Assembly: GCA_019115065.1 (NCBI GenBank)
Contig: DXEH01000014.1
Span: forward strand, 10,683-74,682
Origin: Candidatus Akkermansia intestinavium
Lineage (GTDB): Bacteria > Verrucomicrobiota > Verrucomicrobiia > Verrucomicrobiales > Akkermansiaceae
Direction of reading: 5' to 3'
Length of the DNA stretch: 64,000 nucleotides
In this document: positions 18,021 to 27,348 of the stretch, in pieces
Position numbering within the stretch: the stretch's first letter is position 1
Layout: every line of letters starts with the position of its first letter
Program-made: the position numbers and the translations under genes
The notes under the pieces: model-generated
What the model was told of the DNA's origin: nothing
The model's input: only the letters and a program-made list of their open reading frames with translations
Database searches by the model: none

Positions 18021-18599
18021 ATGAGGAAGCGCATCCAACAATTTCTGCACAACTTGCTGGCGCTGGCACCGCTGCTCGCGCTGTCGGCCTGCAGCGGCAG
18101 CGGGCACATGCTGCCGCTGAGCGTGCAGGACTGCCGCGCCGCGGCGTCCTCCGAGGCCGCGCTGGTGGATATCTACGCCGTGCGGGGGGAGGCGGAGCGC
18201 CTGCGCCAGACGGTCACGCCCGTGGATGAATACTTCGCGACGTCGGGGCTTCCCTCGCGGCCGGGCAATGTCTATCGCTGTTATCTGGATGCCGCCACGC
18301 CGGTTGTGACGCTTCAGCCGAAGCGGGAGGCGGTCTGCAAGGCCTGGCTGGCCGACGGGGCCGATACGCTCATCGCCGTGACGCCGAAGCCGGCCCGCCG
18401 CAGCACGACGCAGTCGGATCCCCGCCGCGTGGTCTTTCCGCTGAGCCCCGAGGCCTATCCCTCGGGGACGCATAGCCTCGTGCTGCGCCTAACGGACGGT
18501 GGCCTCACGGTGGCGCCCTCGACGGAGCGCCTGCGCCCGCCGGAGGCTTCCCCATCAAGGTCCGCCGCGTCAAGGTCCGCCCCGCCGACACAGCCGTAG
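18021..18599 (+). CDS. Lipoprotein, TssJ-like paralogue
   Basis: It has a signal peptide with lipobox LLALSAC. It is collinear with the tssJ product at 19258: VDIYAV/VDIVEA, DEYF/DDYF, KAWLADGADTLI/SWLEKRGASHLV and DPRRVVFPL/DMRRLTLPL. Confidence 0.5.
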   Translation: MRKRIQQFLHNLLALAPLLALSACSGSGHMLPLSVQDCRAAASSEAALVDIYAVRGEAERLRQTVTPVDEYFATSGLPSRPGNVYRCYLDAATPVVTLQPKREAVCKAWLADGADTLIAVTPKPARRSTTQSDPRRVVFPLSPEAYPSGTHSLVLRLTDGGLTVAPSTERLRPPEASPSRSAASRSAPPTQP

Positions 18600-18641
18600 C
18601 CGTCCGTCCGCCACCGCACAACGGCTCTTTCAACGTCGCTC

Positions 18642-18670
18642 TTGACAGATCGCCTTTCTCACCTCATTAT
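18642..18670 (+). promoter_or_regulatory. Sigma70-like promoter upstream of the PAAR gene
   Basis: TTGACA (18642-18647), a 17-nt spacer, then CATTAT (18665-18670), about 43 nt before the ATG at 18713. Such a match is rare in GC-rich surroundings. Confidence 0.4.
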
Positions 18671-18712
18671 CGTCTCTTCCCTCACCTTCACACCTCCGTT
18701 TTTCTCCCCCTC

Positions 18713-19000
18713 ATGCCGACTCCCATCATGGTCACCACCGGAACCTCCGTCACCGGAGATCTCATCACCGGCACGGCTCCCACCTTTCTCGTCAAGGGGC
18801 TGCCCGTCGCCACCATGACGTCCCCGGTCTCCGGAGCCGCCTGCACGGGCGTGATCGCCAACACGACGGCGGTCACCAAGATCGTCAACGGGCTGCCGCT
18901 GGCCAATGTGACGTCGATGGCCACAGGCGTCAATCCGGCGACGGGGGTGCCCGTGACGACGTCGGCGATGGTGACCAGCGGCATCAACTACATCTGCTGA
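18713..19000 (+). CDS. PAAR-like spike-tip protein
   Basis: 95 aa. It is Gly/Thr/Val-rich with the repeated V(K/N)GLP(V/L)A..TS motif typical of PAAR-like cones. It lies within the T6SS cluster. Confidence 0.65.
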   Translation: MPTPIMVTTGTSVTGDLITGTAPTFLVKGLPVATMTSPVSGAACTGVIANTTAVTKIVNGLPLANVTSMATGVNPATGVPVTTSAMVTSGINYIC

Positions 19001-19056
19001 CGGATTCTCCACACACCAATCACCAAGCCCGAACGAAACGACGACTCACCGGCTCC

Positions 19057-19211
19057 GCTCATCACTCCCGTTTCTCTCTCGTTCATCACTCCCGTTCACC
19101 TCACCCTTTCACCCGGCCCGTTCACCAAGCCCGCTGCTCACCACGCCTGTTCATCACGCCGACCGCTCACCACGCTCGTTCAAATCACCCGATCATCAAG
19201 CCTGTTCATTC
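19057..19211 (+). repeat. G-poor degenerate GYTCAYCA repeat array in the PAAR-tssJ intergenic region
   Basis: About 11 copies are present: gctcatca, gttcatca, gttcacct, tttcaccc, gttcacca, gctcacca, gttcatca, gctcacca, gttcaaatca, gatcatca, gttcattc. Hand count gives 8-9 G per 60 nt. Confidence 0.55.
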
Positions 19212-19257
19212 CTCCCGCGCCAATCTCCGGCTCAACACGCCAGCCTCGCCCTCTCCG

Positions 19258-19782
19258 ATGCCTGCACTCCCCTCCATGAAACGCCTGCTCCTCCTGATCT
19301 CCGGTGCGCTTGCTCTCGCCTCCTGCCAGAGCTCGGCGCCGAGTGCGTACAACCTCAGTGTGTCCTATGACCCTGTCACGATTGAGCGCTTCCGCATCTT
19401 CCCCTCGGTCGAGGTTGATATTGTCGAGGCCAATGAGACGACGCTCAAGCAGCTGGAGCAGACCGAGATCGACGATTACTTCGACCCGGCCAACGTGCTG
19501 CGCGATTCGCTGCGCAAAAAGACCTTTTACTTCAGCGAAGAGGACTGCGAGAAAAAGACGCTCAGCCGCGATGACAAGGTGTGGCAGAGTTGGCTCGAGA
19601 AGCGCGGGGCCAGCCACCTCGTGCTCTTCATCAATCTGCCTCGGGACGGCGCCAAGGGGCCGGACATGCGGCGCCTGACGCTGCCGCTGGCGGCTGACCG
19701 CTGGGACGGAGAGGACATTGACGTGTCGATCATTCCGGCGGGACTTCTCCTGCAGACGCCGATCAAGCCGGAGGATAACTAA
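19258..19782 (+). CDS. tssJ: T6SS outer-membrane lipoprotein TssJ
   Basis: 174 aa with lipobox ALALASC. Size and position directly upstream of tssK-tssL-tssM fit TssJ. The true start may be the MKRLLLL codon at 19276. Confidence 0.65.
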   Translation: MPALPSMKRLLLLISGALALASCQSSAPSAYNLSVSYDPVTIERFRIFPSVEVDIVEANETTLKQLEQTEIDDYFDPANVLRDSLRKKTFYFSEEDCEKKTLSRDDKVWQSWLEKRGASHLVLFINLPRDGAKGPDMRRLTLPLAADRWDGEDIDVSIIPAGLLLQTPIKPEDN

Positions 19783-19833
19783 TCGTTTTACGCCGAGCCG
19801 CTTCCCCTCCTTCGTTTCCCTTTTTCCTTCCCC

Positions 19834-21219
19834 ATGTTGCAATACTCCCCCAGTCTCAGTTGGACGGACGGCGTTTTTCTGCGCCCCCACCATTTTCAGC
19901 AGGTTCAGCAGGGTCTTGCTCTGGCTCGCAGCAGTGAGCGCAGCCTGGCGCTGCCCTACGCCTACGGGCTCGCTCATCTCGACATCGACGAGACGGCTCT
20001 CGAGCATTTTCACTTCAGCATTCAGTCCCTTCAGGCGATTCTGCCGGGCGGTACGGAGGTGGATCTGCCGCGCAACGCGGAGGCCGAGGCTCTCGATCTG
20101 ACGCCGGAGCTCAGCACGGCTTCGACGCTGACGGTGTATCTGGCGGTGCCGCCGCTGCACGAGGGCGAGGGCAATGTGGCCGGGGACGAGGCGGCGGGGG
20201 CGGCTCCCCGACGCTTCACGGCTGAGCCTCAGATGTGCTATGATCTCAATGCGGGGGGCAACGAGCAGCCCATCATGTTCCGCCGCCTGAAGCTCCTGCT
20301 CTCGACGCGCCCGGAGGCGCTGCCGGGCTATGAGAAGCTGCCGCTGATGCGGCTGGTGTGTCACCGCAGTGCCGACGGACGGCCCTCGCTGAGCCGCGAT
20401 GCGAGTTACATGGCGCCGTCGCTGACGCTCAGCGCGGCCCCGGAGCTTCTGCACCGCCTCGAGGCGCTCTGCTCGCATCTCTCCCACATTGCGACGAACT
20501 TGGTGACGTCGCTGCGCGAACGCGAGATGCAGACGCAGGCGCGCGCGACGGAGCGGCTGGAGAAGATGCTCAAGTGCGGTTTGGTTCAGTCGTCGCTTCA
20601 GGCGCTGCGCCAGCTTGCGGCGATTCCGTCGGCGACGCCACAGGCGCTCTACACCGAGCTCTGCCGCCTGCTGATGCAGCTGGCGGCCTTCCGCCCCCTT
20701 GAGGATGTGCCCGAGCCGGCGCTCTACCGGCACGATGACTGCCTGCCGCTCTTCACGGAGGTGATGGAGGCGATCTACCGCCTGACGGCGGCAGAGGCCA
20801 CGGAGTGGTGCGTGCGCGTCGAGTTGCGACACGATGAGACAGCCGAGGCCTGGGTCGGCGATCTGAAAGAGGAGTGGCTGGGCTCCGTGCGCGCCGTCTG
20901 CGTCTGCGTGCTCAGCTCGGGGCACCCCCGCCGCGTGGCCGATCTCGTGGAGGCGGGCGATGCCTTCAAGCTCACGGCGGCCTCGCAGTGCCACATGCGC
21001 ATTCGCGGTGTTCGGCTTGAGGAGCAGCGCGTGCCCTCGCCCCTGCTGCCGGCCGGCGACAAGCGTCTGTGGTTCTGCGCCGCGCGACCGCTGGAGGATG
21101 ACACCTGGCAGGACATCGCGGCCGAGCGCCGCTGCGCTCTGACGTGGAGCCCGCAGATTCTGCCGGACACGCAGGCGGAGCTCTATCTGATTCTCTCTAC
21201 TCCCGCTCAACGCTCATGA
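19834..21219 (+). CDS. tssK: T6SS baseplate protein TssK (ImpJ/VasE)
   Basis: 461 aa. The N-terminus LSWTDGVFLRPHHFQQ is a hallmark of TssK. Confidence 0.9.
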   Translation: MLQYSPSLSWTDGVFLRPHHFQQVQQGLALARSSERSLALPYAYGLAHLDIDETALEHFHFSIQSLQAILPGGTEVDLPRNAEAEALDLTPELSTASTLTVYLAVPPLHEGEGNVAGDEAAGAAPRRFTAEPQMCYDLNAGGNEQPIMFRRLKLLLSTRPEALPGYEKLPLMRLVCHRSADGRPSLSRDASYMAPSLTLSAAPELLHRLEALCSHLSHIATNLVTSLREREMQTQARATERLEKMLKCGLVQSSLQALRQLAAIPSATPQALYTELCRLLMQLAAFRPLEDVPEPALYRHDDCLPLFTEVMEAIYRLTAAEATEWCVRVELRHDETAEAWVGDLKEEWLGSVRAVCVCVLSSGHPRRVADLVEAGDAFKLTAASQCHMRIRGVRLEEQRVPSPLLPAGDKRLWFCAARPLEDDTWQDIAAERRCALTWSPQILPDTQAELYLILSTPAQRS

Positions 21220-22295
21220 CTCTCTGCGAGCTCTTCACCCCGCTCATCACCTACCTTGTCAACAGCCGCTGTGAGGCGGCCCGCGGCCATGCGCCGGACC
21301 AGGAGGTGCTCATGAGCCATCTCATGCGCGAGCTGGCCCGCATTCGCAAAACGGGTGCGGCGGCGCGCGAGCTGCCGCAGGAGGCGCTGGAGGATGCCTG
21401 CCGCTACTCGGCGTTCTACATCGACTACATGGTGCACGAGGGGGCCTTTCCCTATGCGCAGCAGTGGCAGGATCTGGGGCGCAGCCGGTACAATGAGCTG
21501 GCGGGCGACGAGAAGTTTTTCGACTACATGCGCCGATGGCTCGATGAGGACACGCCGATGGCTCACGAGCATTTGCGCCTGATGTACGACATGGTGGCCA
21601 GCGGTTTCTCCGGCTCGCTGGAGCGCCGCAGCGTGCGGCTGGAGGAGTTGATGCGGCGTGCAGCCGAGCGCTTGGCGGTGATGCCCGAGGAGGAGGCTGC
21701 AAAGGCGCTGCTCCGGCAGGGCTCGGAGGCCGTTTCCCGCCCCATCCGGGCGCGCCGCCCCGTGCTGAGCGGTCTGCTCACCGGCGGTGCAGGGGCTGCG
21801 GCTCTGCTGCTGGCCTGCGTTTATTACCTGCACAGCTACCGCAGCGCGACGGATGCTCTGCGCAGCGAGCTCAGCGAGACGCAGGAGCTCATTGAGGATC
21901 GCGCCATGCGCCACGCGCTCAACGCCGATACGCTTGTCGCCAGCCCCGTGAGTGCCCCCGCCGGCGAGGCGACGCACGAGAGCTTCCCCCTCCGCGGGGC
22001 TGAGATACCGCCGGCCTTGCAGCACGAGGCTGCGGCTGCGGCTGCGGCGACGCTGACGGAAACGACGACGACGGCGGCTACACTCCCGCAGGCCGCTGAT
22101 TCCGGCACGAGGACCGCGTCGCCTGAGGCCGGAGCAAACGGAGCCGACACCTCGGCTGATGACGCGCGGACGGTAGTCGATGAAATTCCCGACGCCGCCG
22201 GATCTCCCGCCCTTGCCCCCTCCGAGGCCGCCGCCCTCGACGCGCCGCAGAAGGCCGAGCCGGGCGCGCCGGCACCGGTCTCCGCATCCCACTGA
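21216..22295 (+). CDS. tssL: T6SS membrane protein TssL (DotU/ImpK family)
   Basis: The ATG at 21216 overlaps the tssK stop (ATGA). It has a DotU-like cytoplasmic domain, a single TM segment (LSGLLTGGAGAAALLLACVYYL) and a low-complexity Ala/Thr/Pro tail. No OmpA-like domain is visible. Confidence 0.8.
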   Translation: MTLCELFTPLITYLVNSRCEAARGHAPDQEVLMSHLMRELARIRKTGAAARELPQEALEDACRYSAFYIDYMVHEGAFPYAQQWQDLGRSRYNELAGDEKFFDYMRRWLDEDTPMAHEHLRLMYDMVASGFSGSLERRSVRLEELMRRAAERLAVMPEEEAAKALLRQGSEAVSRPIRARRPVLSGLLTGGAGAAALLLACVYYLHSYRSATDALRSELSETQELIEDRAMRHALNADTLVASPVSAPAGEATHESFPLRGAEIPPALQHEAAAAAAATLTETTTTAATLPQAADSGTRTASPEAGANGADTSADDARTVVDEIPDAAGSPALAPSEAAALDAPQKAEPGAPAPVSASH

Positions 22296-22306
22296 CTTTC
22301 TCTCTC

Positions 22307-25300
22307 ATGAATCCCACTGATTCCTCATCTGCCGAGGCCGCCGCATCCATCGCCCACCCCGCTGACTGGGGCTGGGCGGAGTGGTTGCTCTTTCTGCTGG
22401 CCCTGTTGATTGTCGCCTTCGTGCTCTACATCGCCGTGCGCATGATTCTGCACCGCCGGCGCCTGCATCGGATGGTGGGCACGATGCGCGAAGATCTGCT
22501 GCTGCGCCGCGAGCTTGCCGCCATGGCGGCCGGCAGGGATGTGAAGGCGCAGCGCCACGAGCAGTACATGCGCGTGGAGGGCATCCGCATGGATATGGAG
22601 GCCGCGCGCAAGGCGATGGCGGCCCAGGGCATCGATCCCCGCCGCGCCGCCTCCTGGCTTCTGCTCGGAGAGCCCGGCTCGGGCAAGAGCCGCCTCATGG
22701 AGATGGGCGGCATCGAGTATCCCGCCGGCATCAATGACTTCTCGCGCGCAGCCGAGGCGACGTCGACCTTCAACCTCTGGCTGGCGGAAAAGGGGATGAT
22801 CTGGGACGTGGGCGGGCGCCTCTTTCTGAGCCGCTGGGGCGGGCGTCAGGACCAGGAGTGGCAGTACTTTCTGGAGCAGCTGCACGGCCTCTGCCGCAAC
22901 AACCTGCCCGGCGGCGTCATCCTGACCATCCCGGCCGACGCGCTTCTCTTCGATTCCTCCGAGCTGCGCGACCGCAAGGTCACCCTGATTGCCGAGGAGA
23001 TGCGCGCGCTCAGCCGCATCACCGGAGCCTACTGCCCGGTCTGGGTCGTCATCACGAAATGCGATCAGATCGAGGGCTTCTCGGAGTTTTTCTCGCTGCT
23101 GTCGGATGAGGACTGCGAGAAGCCCCTCGGCTGGAGCAATCCGCGCCCGGATGGGCCCTACGATGCCGCCGCGACGGATCTCGCCTTCAATCGCCTCGTC
23201 GACCACCTGCGGACGCTGCGCGGCTCATTGGCGCTGCACCCTTCCATCTGGGAGAAGACCGCCTCCGGCGAGAAGCGCGCCGACCTCGCCGCACCCATCT
23301 GGCTGCTGCCCGACAAGGTGGAGGCGCTGCGCGAGAACCTCAAGCGCTACCTCGCCGGCATCTTCACGCACGTGCGGCACAAGAAGCAGGACCGCGGCAT
23401 CTTCCCCTTCCGCGGCTTCTGGCTCACCGCGGCGCTCGACAAGCCCGTCATCACGACGGAGCGCGTCGTCTTTGAGAAGCGGGAGGGCAAGCTCCATCCC
23501 CTCCCGCTGGCGGCGACGCCAAGCCCGGGCGACGCCGCCAGCGCCGTTCAGGCTCCCGAGCTCAGCGGCGAGAGCTTGGTGGCGGAATGCGAAAAAATCC
23601 TCTCGCTGGGCTCGCCGCGCCACTACTTCACCCGCAACCTGCTGCAACAGCTCATCCTCGGCACGGCGGACCAGAGCGACTACACGGACGAGGCCCTGCG
23701 GCGCATCCGGAGGCCCTACTGCGTGAGCGGCATCGCCCTCTGCTCCGCGGCCGTTCTGCTGGTGCTCTCGGCAGCCCTCCGCCGCGGAGGCCTCGAGCAG
23801 CTCGCACAGCGCGACCTCTCCTTCTGGACCAACGCACACCGGCTCTTCCGCGGCAACAGCATCGCCAACGCGCCGCTGCTCGGCGTCGAGCAGGGCGAGC
23901 AGATCCCCCTCACCTCTCAGACGGTCCCCGGCACCAAGATATCGAGGCGCGAGTACCTCTACATCATGACGAACATGACCAACGTGCCGGCTCCACTCCC
24001 CCTCTTCTGGAGGCCTGCCTGTTGGGTGGTCGATCACGAGATGTCTCCCCAGCTGCTCAAGAGCTACAAGGACTTCATCGACAAGGCCACTGTGGTCACC
24101 ATGCTGGTGCAGCCGGCCGTGCACACCTCGCGACAGGTCTTCATTCATCGGGCCGACCATACCGACACGCCGCCGGACTGGGAGCGAGCTGACACGGAGA
24201 GCTTCACCACGCTGTTGCAGATCACGCGCTACGGCATTCTGCTGATGAACGGCGAGAGCGTTCAGGATGACATCAACTACTCCCTGCTCATCCGCCCCAA
24301 GAGCGAGACCGGCCGCGACGCCGCGGTCAGGGCCCTCTGGCTCAACAGCTTTGAGCGCAACAAGACCTTCGGCACCATGACCATCCTCAACGGTTACCTG
24401 CGCCCCGTCTCCATCGAGGCCGCGCAGGCCATCACGAAGGCCTCAGCACTCTACAGTGCCGCGGCGGACAACCTGAGCATCTACCCCTCGCTCGGCTACG
24501 GGCAAATGGCCGACTTCATCGGTCAAGTCAAGCGCCTCCGCGAGACGATGCTGGCCATGGGCGAGCTGGAAGAGGACTTCGCCGAGGCCGTGCGCCGCGA
24601 GGATTCCACCACGGCAGAAAGCTGCATCCGCCGCTGGCAGGAGCAGTACAAGGAGGCTCGCCGCCTTGCCGCGACCATCGCCGAGGCCGAGCAGCGACTT
24701 CACATCGCCGATGAGGGCTCGCTGCGCCGGGCCCTTGAGACGGTGCGCAACGCGCTGAGCGAAGCGCTGGGGCGCGATCTGCAGAGCTTCCAGAGCCTCG
24801 ATCAAAGCCTCGGCACCTCGCAGAATGCCGACTTTCTGCACGGACAGCTTGCCGCGCTCACCTCCTCCGTGACCCAGGCGCTTACCAAGCTCTCCGCCGG
24901 CGACGGCGAGCTGTTGACCGACGAGCTCTGCCGCTTCTGGGACAAGGACGCGACCAGCGAAGGCTCGCCGCGCCCCTGGCGCGAGGCGATGAGCCGAGCC
25001 GACCGCCTCAACGCCCTCTTCTCCTTCCCCGTCCCCGCCGGGCGCGCGCAGGAGACCTACCAGCACCGCATCGCCCGCGTGCAGGACGCGCGCAAACAGT
25101 ACGACGGCGAGGTCCAAGCCCTCGGCACGTCAGAGGACAGCCCGCTGAACAGCAGCTGCTGGGAGCAGAACTGGAACCGCCTGGAGCGCAGCGTGCTCAT
25201 CGGCTGGCTCGCCGAGGCTCCGCACAGCAACCTCGAAGTGCTGGTGCCGGAGCCGGGAACGAGCGTCGCGCGCAAGCTCCCCTCAATGCCCTACACCTCG

Positions 25301-27343
25301 GCATCCAAAACCGCCATCAACCCCGTCTACGAACCCGGGAGCGCCAACCGCCGCATCACAGACCTGCTCGGCCTCTCCGACTACATCCGCAAAAAGGCGG
25401 AAGCTGCCCCCGACGATACGGAGCTGAACCAGTCACTCGAGCGCCTGGAGGCAGCCTGCCAGCACTACCTGACCGACTACGTCATGTACTGGGTTGAGAC
25501 CATCCCGTCCTATTACCGCATCAACGGCATCCGCAACTGGGCGGAGTACGTGGAGAGCGGCGATGTGCTCTACTCGGCGGACGTCGGATCCATCCTTTAT
25601 GAGATCGACGACCTCATCTACGACGCGCTGGATCTTCCCAGCCTCATGAATGAAGAGCGCTTCCCGCAGCTCACCGCCATCCGCGAGCTGATTCAGCGGG
25701 CCAAAAAATCGCTCGATACCGACACGCGGCGCAACTTCCAGACCTCCGCCGACTTCATCAGCAAGCTCAGCCTCAAGCCCGACCAGGCATGGAAGAGCCT
25801 CATCGCCCTGCCGGTCGAGAAGCTGATGAACAGCTACTGGGTCTCCTGGTACCCCGCGCAGTCCAACTCCTCCTTCCTCTGGTGGAATAACTACCTACTG
25901 CACGGCATGCGCCTGCTCAAGCAGGAAGCCGCCGCCGCGCTGGAGGACGACCTCGCCGCCTGCCTGGCCGATGCGCGTCGCTTCCCGCTCTGCAACACCT
26001 CTCGGCAGCGCAGCGAGGACATCCTGACCGCCTACGACATCAATGACCTCTACGACAGGCTGGGGGCCGTGGCCCATCTGACGGATCCGCAGCGCGAGGC
26101 GGAAATCGCCAAGCAAGCGAACTCCCGCAGCATCCCGGCCGGAGCCGCCTCGCTCGACCTGAGCATTGCCGGCAGCGCCGATGAGAGCCTGAGCAACCTC
26201 ACCCGCGTACTCTCTCTGCTGGCCGATCCCGCCTGTGAGCTGCAGTGCATCCCCACCCTGCCGGCATCTGACCTGCGCAGCGCTCCGGTCGCGGGCGGCG
26301 ACGACCTCAAGCGCCTCATTCCCGTGGGGCGCCGCTTCCCCTACTGCCGCATCCTCTGCAACGGTACCCCGCTCACGGGCCGCTTCAACCTCAACCGCCA
26401 GAACGCCGCCGACCTCCCCCTGCTCACGGAGGGCATCCCGGCCTCCAGCGGCAGCCTTCGGTTTGAATTTTACCGGCACTCCGACTCCGACACCCCGGAC
26501 AGCACCCTCACGCTGAGCCGCCACTGGAGCGCGCTGGACCTGTGTCTGCGCCCGGGAGCCCGCCTCTCTGACGACAAAAAGACCATCTACGCTCCGCTGA
26601 CCTTCCGCGACCGCGAGGGCTACAACTGCCTGTTCTGGTTCGCCATGAGCTTCAACCGCGAGATGATCGCCCCGGCCGACTGGCCCGGCAGCCTCAGCCT
26701 GAGCCCGGTTGCCGGCGATGAGCCCGGGCAGGCCGAGCGCGAGAAGGAGCTGCGCAAGCGCATCCGCGAGACCTACCTCACGCAGCGCAACCTCCCCCGC
26801 AAGCCCACGGCTGAGGACATCAGCGCGCTGCGGCGCGACCTCGACAGCCTCCGCCGCCAGGGCTACAGCCTCGGCTTCCGCCTCATCCTGCCCGGCGTCG
26901 CCGAGCAGCCGAGCGACGACCGCATCCGGCAGGCTGCGGCCTGCCCCTATTTCTCGCTCGACAGCGCCGCCGTCAGCACCGGCAAGCTGCGGAGCCTGCC
27001 CGACGCGACGCAGGAGACCGACTACCTGCTGGCGGGCAGCGACAACGTTCTGCTGCGCCTCTACCGGCACGCCGGGGACGAATACTCGGTGCACTACCTC
27101 GACCGCCGCCGACCGCTGCTCGACCTCGTCCTCGAGCAGGCCACTGAGTACGATCCGTCCCATAACTACTTCATCGTGCCGCTCAAGACGGACGACGGCC
27201 AGCCCGACGGAGACTTCACCCTCTACCTGAGGCCCTGCCTCACCCCCTCCGCCGACGACGGACTGCTGCCGCCGACGGAGGCTGACTTCCTCATGGAATA
27301 CCCCGCCGCCGACATGCCCGACGGCGATCTTCCCCTGAACTGA
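22307..27343 (+). CDS. tssM: T6SS membrane-complex protein TssM (IcmF family), extended form
   Basis: 1678 aa. It has an N-terminal TM segment, a Walker A motif (GEPGSGKSRLM), a later TM segment (ALCSAAVLLVLSAAL) and a very large periplasmic portion. Confidence 0.9.
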   Translation: MNPTDSSSAEAAASIAHPADWGWAEWLLFLLALLIVAFVLYIAVRMILHRRRLHRMVGTMREDLLLRRELAAMAAGRDVKAQRHEQYMRVEGIRMDMEAARKAMAAQGIDPRRAASWLLLGEPGSGKSRLMEMGGIEYPAGINDFSRAAEATSTFNLWLAEKGMIWDVGGRLFLSRWGGRQDQEWQYFLEQLHGLCRNNLPGGVILTIPADALLFDSSELRDRKVTLIAEEMRALSRITGAYCPVWVVITKCDQIEGFSEFFSLLSDEDCEKPLGWSNPRPDGPYDAAATDLAFNRLVDHLRTLRGSLALHPSIWEKTASGEKRADLAAPIWLLPDKVEALRENLKRYLAGIFTHVRHKKQDRGIFPFRGFWLTAALDKPVITTERVVFEKREGKLHPLPLAATPSPGDAASAVQAPELSGESLVAECEKILSLGSPRHYFTRNLLQQLILGTADQSDYTDEALRRIRRPYCVSGIALCSAAVLLVLSAALRRGGLEQLAQRDLSFWTNAHRLFRGNSIANAPLLGVEQGEQIPLTSQTVPGTKISRREYLYIMTNMTNVPAPLPLFWRPACWVVDHEMSPQLLKSYKDFIDKATVVTMLVQPAVHTSRQVFIHRADHTDTPPDWERADTESFTTLLQITRYGILLMNGESVQDDINYSLLIRPKSETGRDAAVRALWLNSFERNKTFGTMTILNGYLRPVSIEAAQAITKASALYSAAADNLSIYPSLGYGQMADFIGQVKRLRETMLAMGELEEDFAEAVRREDSTTAESCIRRWQEQYKEARRLAATIAEAEQRLHIADEGSLRRALETVRNALSEALGRDLQSFQSLDQSLGTSQNADFLHGQLAALTSSVTQALTKLSAGDGELLTDELCRFWDKDATSEGSPRPWREAMSRADRLNALFSFPVPAGRAQETYQHRIARVQDARKQYDGEVQALGTSEDSPLNSSCWEQNWNRLERSVLIGWLAEAPHSNLEVLVPEPGTSVARKLPSMPYTSASKTAINPVYEPGSANRRITDLLGLSDYIRKKAEAAPDDTELNQSLERLEAACQHYLTDYVMYWVETIPSYYRINGIRNWAEYVESGDVLYSADVGSILYEIDDLIYDALDLPSLMNEERFPQLTAIRELIQRAKKSLDTDTRRNFQTSADFISKLSLKPDQAWKSLIALPVEKLMNSYWVSWYPAQSNSSFLWWNNYLLHGMRLLKQEAAAALEDDLAACLADARRFPLCNTSRQRSEDILTAYDINDLYDRLGAVAHLTDPQREAEIAKQANSRSIPAGAASLDLSIAGSADESLSNLTRVLSLLADPACELQCIPTLPASDLRSAPVAGGDDLKRLIPVGRRFPYCRILCNGTPLTGRFNLNRQNAADLPLLTEGIPASSGSLRFEFYRHSDSDTPDSTLTLSRHWSALDLCLRPGARLSDDKKTIYAPLTFRDREGYNCLFWFAMSFNREMIAPADWPGSLSLSPVAGDEPGQAEREKELRKRIRETYLTQRNLPRKPTAEDISALRRDLDSLRRQGYSLGFRLILPGVAEQPSDDRIRQAAACPYFSLDSAAVSTGKLRSLPDATQETDYLLAGSDNVLLRLYRHAGDEYSVHYLDRRRPLLDLVLEQATEYDPSHNYFIVPLKTDDGQPDGDFTLYLRPCLTPSADDGLLPPTEADFLMEYPAADMPDGDLPLN

Positions 27344-27348
27344 TCCCC

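Noticed and set aside
19180-21210. Long minus-strand ORFs opposite tssJ/tssK. Similar cases are 8059-9651, 13209-14834, 25895-27163, 43500-44990, 44894-46393, 51124-52377 and 55850-57088.
   Set aside because: All lie antisense to genes with clear family signatures. They have Arg/Pro/Gly/His-biased junk translations, and none has plausible start context or domain motifs.
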